Below, in pieces: positions 61,701-64,000 of a stretch of DNA of 64,000 nt. Under the pieces are notes generated by a model. The model searched no databases and was not told the DNA's origin. It saw only the letters and a program-made list of their open reading frames with translations. A program made the position numbers and the translations under genes. The stretch spans positions 158,462,619 through 158,526,618 of the forward strand of contig NC_068981.1 of the NCBI RefSeq assembly GCF_001194135.2, read 5' to 3'. The stretch comes from Octopus bimaculoides (lineage: Eukaryota). Numbering within the stretch: position 1 is the stretch's first letter; every line of letters begins with the position of its first letter.

Positions 61701-63945
61701 AAAAACCTATCGTATGTCTGCTATCCAGATACTGTTTTGACATGGTTGAAACTCTGAGCTATCAAATTTGTTACATCACATACTATGACTGATAGTCAAG
61801 ACATCAAATTGTTGCACATGTTCTGTCATTTAATCAGTGTCATTTTATCAATCCTGGCTAGATGAAAAGTTACACTTACCTCTGACTGACCTTCATCATC
61901 CAAGGTAAACAAAATCCAAATACCATTTTTAGTTATCAGCTCAGGTAGGAGACTCCGAAAGGGGTTTCAGGGAGTAACGTCTCTGCCTTCCTGAACTAGT
62001 TTTCCACCACATTTCTTTAAAAATTATGGTGGAAGCCTTGGTCTCAGGACCACTCATGTCTAGAAACTGAGGTTGGGAGTAAGCAAGGGCATGCTCCCCA
62101 TAGAAAATCCAGCTCCAAAAAAAGCCTTATGATAGCAAAGGAGAATGGGCCTCAGCCAGCCCAATGGTTGGGGTGGACTACACCTGCCTACCTCGGTTGC
62201 TATGGTATTGAGGTAGATCCAGCCACCCCCATTAACAGGGACGAAAACCAGATTTAAAACACTGGATGATGATGATTTTTAGTTATCAGCTGAAACTATC
62301 TGTGATTATCATAAATGTATATCTTTAAATCCTGTGAAAGAGTTATAAATGCCTCAATTTCCATATCTTCTTTGATCAATAAATTTTAAAATTTCAAACA
62401 TAATTATGTAATCATTATGGATTCTATAATTATTTTACAGTGTGTTGTTTTTAACTGCTCAGACAGTCTGGACTATAAAGCCATGGGCAAATTTTTTAAA
62501 GGTCTGGCCCAGTCTGGTGCTTGGGCATGTTTTGATGAATTTAACAGAATAGAATTGGAGGTAAGTGTTACTAGTTAGCTGAAGTAAGTATTGCATGTTG
62601 TATGTATAAGAATAGGTAACAGATTGTAATTTTGAGTGGTAAATATGACTTATGACTTATGTCATCATTGCTCTTGAGAAATGTATGAATAGCACAACAC
62701 TTCATTTCTCCCCTAATATGAATATTAGGCTTTCTATATATGAAATCAGTAGTTTATCATGTGGTTTGACAGTACCACAAAGTAAGAGAAAAGTTTTTAG
62801 CAGAGCTTTTCTGTGAGCTGATTTCAATAACTGACTTACTTCTTTTATAAACTAACATATTTAAAGCAGATATGAACATTACAAATGCTTCAGTTTTTTA
62901 GTATTTTCAAAAAGTTGGTACCAGTGGTTAACTATAGAATATAATGACCAAAATGTTGCTCCTGTGTGAAAAGAATATGTAAAGTCTACATTATGGATTG
63001 GATAGACTGAAGCAAATTAATTAAAAATGACTGAGTATTGAACTTATTTGTTTACCGGTTCATGTATCATAAAAATAAATTCTGCTGCAGGGTTTTGCTA
63101 TATTTAGCTACATTTATGCTTGTTCTTATCCACAATTGTATAGACTAGATTAAGTTTAAGAATTTATTCATAACAATGATGAACTTATTGTATACAGTGC
63201 TCAGGCACACTACAATTTCTGAACAAAATTCTTGACTATTTATATGTCAGTCATGGTTATCCACACTGAAGATCAACAGAAAATCATTTTAATATAACCC
63301 TTATTATGAGGTCTGTCCAAATGTAAAATGAATTTTTAAAAACAAAATTTGTCGTTTTATTTACAATTTAATCAAATATGTCCCCCTCTGAATAGTTCCC
63401 TCCATTGTTACGGGACCACTTCCAGCAGACTCTAGATGGTTGGTCTGCAAGAAAGAACAGCCAAAACTCTCACAAATTTTTAAAAGATAGATACAGATCT
63501 GTTTGATTAGAGCTAACCTAGTGTTAAACAACAATGGAATTTTGATGCCTGTAATGAAGCTCATTAAATGCATTAAATGTGGTAAAAGCTTCAACACCTT
63601 GATTTGTTCTCTTTTTCATTTGTCCTCTTTCTCAAGGTATTGTCTGTGATTGCTCAACAACTACAAACTATCCAGCGTGCTATAATAGAACAACGGAATA
63701 TGTTTGTCTTTGAAGGGACATACATATCTCTTGATCCTACCTGTACTATCTTCATCACAATGAATCCTGGATATGCAGGTCGAGCAGAGCTGCCAGACAA
63801 TCTGAAAGTATTGTTTCGTACTGTGGCCATGATGGTACCTGACTATGCCATGATTTCAGAAATCCTCCTATATTCAATGGGCTTTGCTGATGCCAGAAAT
63901 CTTTCAACAAAAATTGTTGCTACCTACAGACTCTGCTCAGAACAG
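4056..63945 (+). CDS. DNAH3: Axonemal dynein heavy chain, inner-arm type (DNAH3-like), multi-exon, 3'-incomplete
   Basis: 27 exons join in frame through GT-AG sites. Motifs: [18 protein letters not shown] (resembles the DNAH3 N-terminus as I recall it), [104 protein letters not shown]. Family is certain; paralog choice (DNAH3 vs DNAH7/12) is from remembered sequences and needs a phylogeny. Confidence 0.9.
6645..6813 (+). CDS. DNAH3: Dynein exon 2 ([24 protein letters not shown]...)
   Basis: tttcag acceptor, G|GTAAG donor, phase 0/1, AAPxKEQ..IANNYS motif. Confidence 0.85.
7146..7348 (+). mobile_element. SINE family B copy
   Basis: A-box-like GAGCTGGCAGAA, B-box GAGTTCAAATTCC, conserved GACTTTGCCTTTCATCC core. 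Confidence 0.85.
7529..7660. mobile_element. Possible pogo/Tigger-like MITE end remnants
   Basis: Two related motifs CAGTAGCACCTCGGTTTTCGAAC and GAGTAGTACCACGGTTTACGAAC. Confidence 0.35.
9645..9950 (+). mobile_element. Mariner transposon 5' fragment
   Basis: After ATG 9793, frameshifted HTH: ..[26 protein letters not shown]; TIR-like TACGGAAGTGGGCTGAAAAGTTCA. Confidence 0.6.
11690..11905 (-). mobile_element. Old tRNA-headed SINE remnant (third family)
   Basis: Reverse strand GTGAAGGCATATGGTTTAGTGGTTAGC head and GTGTTCTTGAGC motif. Confidence 0.45.
12331..12478 (+). CDS. DNAH3: Dynein exon 3 (ESSVNSS...GTDLTR)
   Basis: ttttag acceptor, AG|GTAAGT donor, open frame, phase 1/2 bridges neighbours. 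Confidence 0.75.
12776..13748 (-). mobile_element. 5'-truncated L1/Tx1-clade LINE with 18-bp target-site duplication
   Basis: ORF2 C-terminus (CPRC..ETVLH zinc knuckle, AKEAIWKTR), AATAAA at 3' end, TSD ATAAACGGCTATGAATTT at 12758-12775 and 13749-13766. Confidence 0.88.
14392..14820 (+). mobile_element. Two tandem degenerate SINE family B copies
   Basis: Heads at 14392 and about 14608, both ending GTGCCAAA.TTTGAAA. Confidence 0.65.
15983..16124 (+). CDS. DNAH3: Dynein exon 4 ([15 protein letters not shown]...)
   Basis: Splice sites, phase 2/0, DLTR-YY junction. Confidence 0.85.
16760..16870 (+). mobile_element. Short LINE reverse-transcriptase relic (CR1/L2/Jockey group)
   Basis: Frame reads [26 protein letters not shown], resembling the start of the LINE RT domain. 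Confidence 0.4.
17035..17139 (+). CDS. DNAH3: Dynein exon 5 ([22 protein letters not shown]...)
   Basis: Splice sites, phase 0/0, KAIxDYILxDP motif. Confidence 0.9.
17816..17946 (+). CDS. DNAH3: Dynein exon 6 ([13 protein letters not shown]...)
   Basis: Splice sites, phase 0/2, PWH motif. Confidence 0.85.
18590..18795 (+). mobile_element. SINE family B copy with probable TSD
   Basis: Flanked by TATTTGCATGAGATTAAGG and TATTTGCATGAGACTAAAG. Confidence 0.75.
18985..19160. repeat. Minisatellite TTGTTCAATATTT(CTAGCAATAT)
   Basis: Repeated TGTTCAATATT units with variable spacers. Confidence 0.8.
19414..19612 (+). CDS. DNAH3: Dynein exon 7
   Basis: Within ORF 19385-19675; ctaag acceptor, GTAAGA donor, phase 2/0. 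Confidence 0.88.
20567..20970 (+). mobile_element. SINE family A copy
   Basis: Head GGCGCTGGCGTGGCTGTGTG, internal (GT)n, family tail. Confidence 0.8.
21027..21345 (-). mobile_element. tRNA-headed element with (AAT)n spacer, hammerhead-like motif and inverted tail copy
   Basis: Minus strand: GGTTAAGAGC..GAGTTCGATTCC (B box), (AAT)n, CTGATGA..GAAAC, tail; 21297-21345 is an inverted copy of 21053-21101. Confidence 0.7.
21114..21159 (-). ncRNA. Minimal type I hammerhead ribozyme-like motif (probably degenerate)
   Basis: GACAC-CUGAUGA-A-GGC(N15)GCC-GAAAC-CU-U-GUGUU; stem I GACAC/GUGUU and stem II GGC/GCC pair; stem III ACCU is not self-complementary. Confidence 0.55.
21913..22119 (+). CDS. DNAH3: Dynein exon 8 ([20 protein letters not shown]...)
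   Basis: Splice sites, phase 0/0, F..VASLMS and DGND motifs. Confidence 0.9.
22303..22556 (+). CDS. DNAH3: Dynein exon 9
   Basis: Splice sites, phase 0/2, FEPSF motif. Confidence 0.88.
22985..23195 (+). mobile_element. SINE family B variant with L1/Tx1-like 3' tail
   Basis: Family B head and core, then tail ending CCTTGTGGGCAATAAA as in the LINE end at 12776-12830. Confidence 0.8.
23290..25005 (+). mobile_element. L1/Tx1-clade LINE fragment: possible ORF1 end, ORF2 APE endonuclease and start of RT (disrupted)
   Basis: ORF2 from 23541: [38 protein letters not shown]; later [16 protein letters not shown]; frameshifts; ends at (TA)n and a gap. Confidence 0.88.
26002..26206 (+). CDS. DNAH3: Dynein exon 10
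   Basis: Splice sites, phase 2/0. Confidence 0.88.
27369..27535 (+). mobile_element. SINE family B copy, 5' part in gap
   Basis: GAGTTCAAATTC and GACTTTGCCTTTCATCC core. Confidence 0.75.
28749..28965 (+). mobile_element. SINE family B copy
   Basis: Full head and core. Confidence 0.85.
29040..29295 (-). mobile_element. Tc1/mariner transposase relic
   Basis: [25 protein letters not shown] and FWTEE resemble the HTH linker and first catalytic block. Confidence 0.5.
29299..29550. repeat. (GGAT)n/(GTAT)n and (AG)n microsatellites
   Basis: Direct reading; representative of many simple repeats across the window. Confidence 0.95.
29974..30177 (+). CDS. DNAH3: Dynein exon 11
   Basis: tttgacag acceptor, GTAAGT donor, phase 0/0. 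Confidence 0.88.
30535..30832 (+). mobile_element. SINE family B copy with long (ATT)n tail
   Basis: Full core, GTAGAAAGG then (ATT)n 30743-30832. Confidence 0.85.
30833..31391 (-). mobile_element. About 560-bp non-coding element bounded on both sides by (TAA)n
   Basis: Higher-GC block between (ATT)n arrays at 30743-30832 and 31392-31430; orientation inferred. Confidence 0.55.
31700..31830 (+). CDS. DNAH3: Dynein exon 12
   Basis: ttttag acceptor, GTAAGT donor, phase 0/2. Confidence 0.85.
33492..34150 (+). mobile_element. Internally deleted mariner transposon
   Basis: From ATG 33664: [48 protein letters not shown]; later FHQDNAWPH and PAYSPEIA. Confidence 0.85.
34236..35010 (+). mobile_element. 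Non-autonomous Helitron-like element (Lep1/HINE-type)
   Basis: 5' ACCCGG..CGGGT hairpin, internal inverted repeat (34384-34445 vs 34750-34810), 3' CCGCGTGAAAAGCGAATACATAC followed by a microsatellite. Confidence 0.5.
37654..37990 (-). mobile_element. hAT (Charlie/Buster-like) transposase fragment
   Basis: [32 protein letters not shown] matches the Buster/ZBED5-type KKPHTIGE motif. Confidence 0.8.
38440..39085 (-). mobile_element. Ty3/Gypsy LTR retrotransposon gag-protease fragment
   Basis: [14 protein letters not shown] aspartic protease motif, [16 protein letters not shown]; frameshifted; no LTR seen. Confidence 0.85.
40140..40335 (+). CDS. DNAH3: Dynein exon 13
   Basis: ttgcag acceptor, GAG|GTAGG donor, phase 2/0. 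Confidence 0.85.
40420..40590 (-). mobile_element. Degenerate SINE family B copy
   Basis: GGATGAAAGGCAAAGTCGAC is the reverse complement of the family core. Confidence 0.7.
41447..41720. repeat. Interspersed repeat family D with internal tandem GGTGCTTTTATGTG units
   Basis: (CAT)n-associated; related copies at about 43880-44120, 55740-55960 and 57425-57650 share GGATGC(C/T)CTTCCT-type motif. Confidence 0.6.
42982..43176 (+). CDS. DNAH3: Dynein exon 14 (INEEE...PYERLW...WMNGPL)
   Basis: Conserved INxEE, PY..LW, WMNGP; phase 0/0 (alternative in-frame acceptor 6 nt downstream is possible). Confidence 0.9.
43545..43800 (+). mobile_element. Old SINE family A copy
   Basis: GTTCAGTCCCACTG..AAGCAAGTGTCTTCTA core, CpG-decayed. 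Confidence 0.7.
44736..45135 (+). mobile_element. SINE family A near full-length copy
   Basis: Matches the reverse complement of 1245-1604. Confidence 0.88.
45729..45917 (+). CDS. DNAH3: Dynein exon 15 ([11 protein letters not shown])
   Basis: Conserved NPGxxxRHW; phase 0/0. Confidence 0.93.
47905..48033 (+). CDS. DNAH3: Dynein exon 16 (VGFDITP...KEFALEK)
   Basis: Splice sites, KExxLEK motif. Confidence 0.92.
48950..49250 (+). mobile_element. Possible ancient RTE-clade LINE C-terminal relic
   Basis: [15 protein letters not shown] resembles the RTE ALxWxPxGKR motif. Confidence 0.3.
49434..49634 (+). CDS. DNAH3: Dynein exon 17 ([14 protein letters not shown])
   Basis: Conserved linker motif, splice sites. 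Confidence 0.93.
50307..50446 (+). CDS. DNAH3: Dynein exon 18 ([15 protein letters not shown])
   Basis: Conserved motif, phase 0/2. Confidence 0.93.
51894..52335. mobile_element. piggyBac-type MITE (52016-52235) nested in an older related copy
   Basis: Inner: TTAA-CCCTTTCGTTAC...GTAACGAAAGGG-TTAA. Outer: TTAA-CCCTTTCATTACC...GGTATCAAGAG-TTAA. Confidence 0.8.
52498..52588 (+). CDS. DNAH3: Dynein exon 19
   Basis: Splice sites, phase 2/0. Confidence 0.88.
53777..54158. mobile_element. Tc1/mariner-type MITE with 4 x 85-bp internal tandem array
   Basis: TA-CAGGGTGTCCACAAAGTCTGGGTACATGG ... CCATGTACCCAGACCTTGTGGACACCCTG-TA; units start 53803, 53888, 53973, 54058. Confidence 0.88.
55343..55410 (+). 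CDS. DNAH3: Dynein exon 20 ([15 protein letters not shown])
   Basis: Conserved motif, phase 0/2. Confidence 0.93.
56121..56328. mobile_element. MITE in a TA tract with about 35-bp terminal inverted repeats
   Basis: TATAAAGAGCATTACTACAGAATAATGCTAC vs GTGGCATTATTCTGTAGTAATACCCTTTATA. Confidence 0.7.
56840..57050 (+). mobile_element. CpG-decayed SINE family B copy
   Basis: Family B with CG to TG/CA at most consensus CpGs. Confidence 0.8.
57087..57315 (+). CDS. DNAH3: Dynein exon 21 ([26 protein letters not shown])
   Basis: Conserved motif, phase 2/0. Confidence 0.95.
58155..58307 (+). CDS. DNAH3: Dynein exon 22 ([10 protein letters not shown])
   Basis: Conserved motif, phase 0/0. Confidence 0.93.
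59153..59291 (+). CDS. DNAH3: Dynein exon 23 ([13 protein letters not shown])
   Basis: Conserved motif, phase 0/1. Confidence 0.93.
60186..60384 (+). CDS. DNAH3: Dynein exon 24 ([21 protein letters not shown])
   Basis: Conserved motif, phase 1/2. Confidence 0.95.
60815..60923 (+). CDS. DNAH3: Dynein exon 25, AAA1 Walker A (GPAGTGKT)
   Basis: [23 protein letters not shown]; phase 2/0. Confidence 0.96.
61942..62275 (+). mobile_element. Retroposed insertion with (GAT)n tail and 16-bp TSD
   Basis: TTTTTAGTTATCAGCT at 61926-61941 and 62276-62291. Confidence 0.75.
62441..62560 (+). CDS. DNAH3: Dynein exon 26, AAA1 Walker B (CFDEFNRIE)
   Basis: [23 protein letters not shown]; phase 0/0. Confidence 0.96.
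63637..63945 (+). CDS. DNAH3: Dynein exon 27 ([19 protein letters not shown])
   Basis: Conserved AAA1 C-terminal part; donor GTAGA at 63946. Confidence 0.96.
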
Positions 63946-64000
63946 GTAGAAAGTTCTATTCTCTTCCTCAGACTCTCTTTGTAATAATTATTCTTTTTGC

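Noticed and set aside
62197-62210. RFX X-box-like GTTGCTATGGTAT
   Set aside because: Imperfect, inside a retroposed insertion and far from the promoter. I found no clear X-box near exon 1.

Overview
Eukaryotic, AT-rich, microsatellite-dense scaffold with small N gaps. The SINE families and repeat content suggest an octopus or other cephalopod (inference). The window is dominated by the 5' part of one + strand gene, an axonemal inner-arm dynein heavy chain most similar to DNAH3. I could assemble 27 GT-AG exons with consistent phases, from a putative start exon at 4056 to 63945 (about 1478 codons). They cover the N-terminal tail, linker and most of AAA1 (Walker A GPAGTGKT); the gene continues past the window. 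Introns hold two abundant tRNA-derived SINE families, L1/Tx1 and R4/Dong non-LTR fragments, mariner, Tc1, hAT and Gypsy relics, a Helitron-like element, several MITEs and many simple repeats. The most notable observations are: (1) a tRNA-headed element carrying a Penelope-type minimal hammerhead motif and an inverted copy of its own tail; (2) a CpG-rich to CpG-depleted transition near 40 kb inside the gene; (3) a SINE sharing its 3' tail with an L1/Tx1 LINE; (4) elements sitting in (TAA)n arrays; (5) nested and tandem-amplified MITEs. All coordinates and alignments were read by eye.
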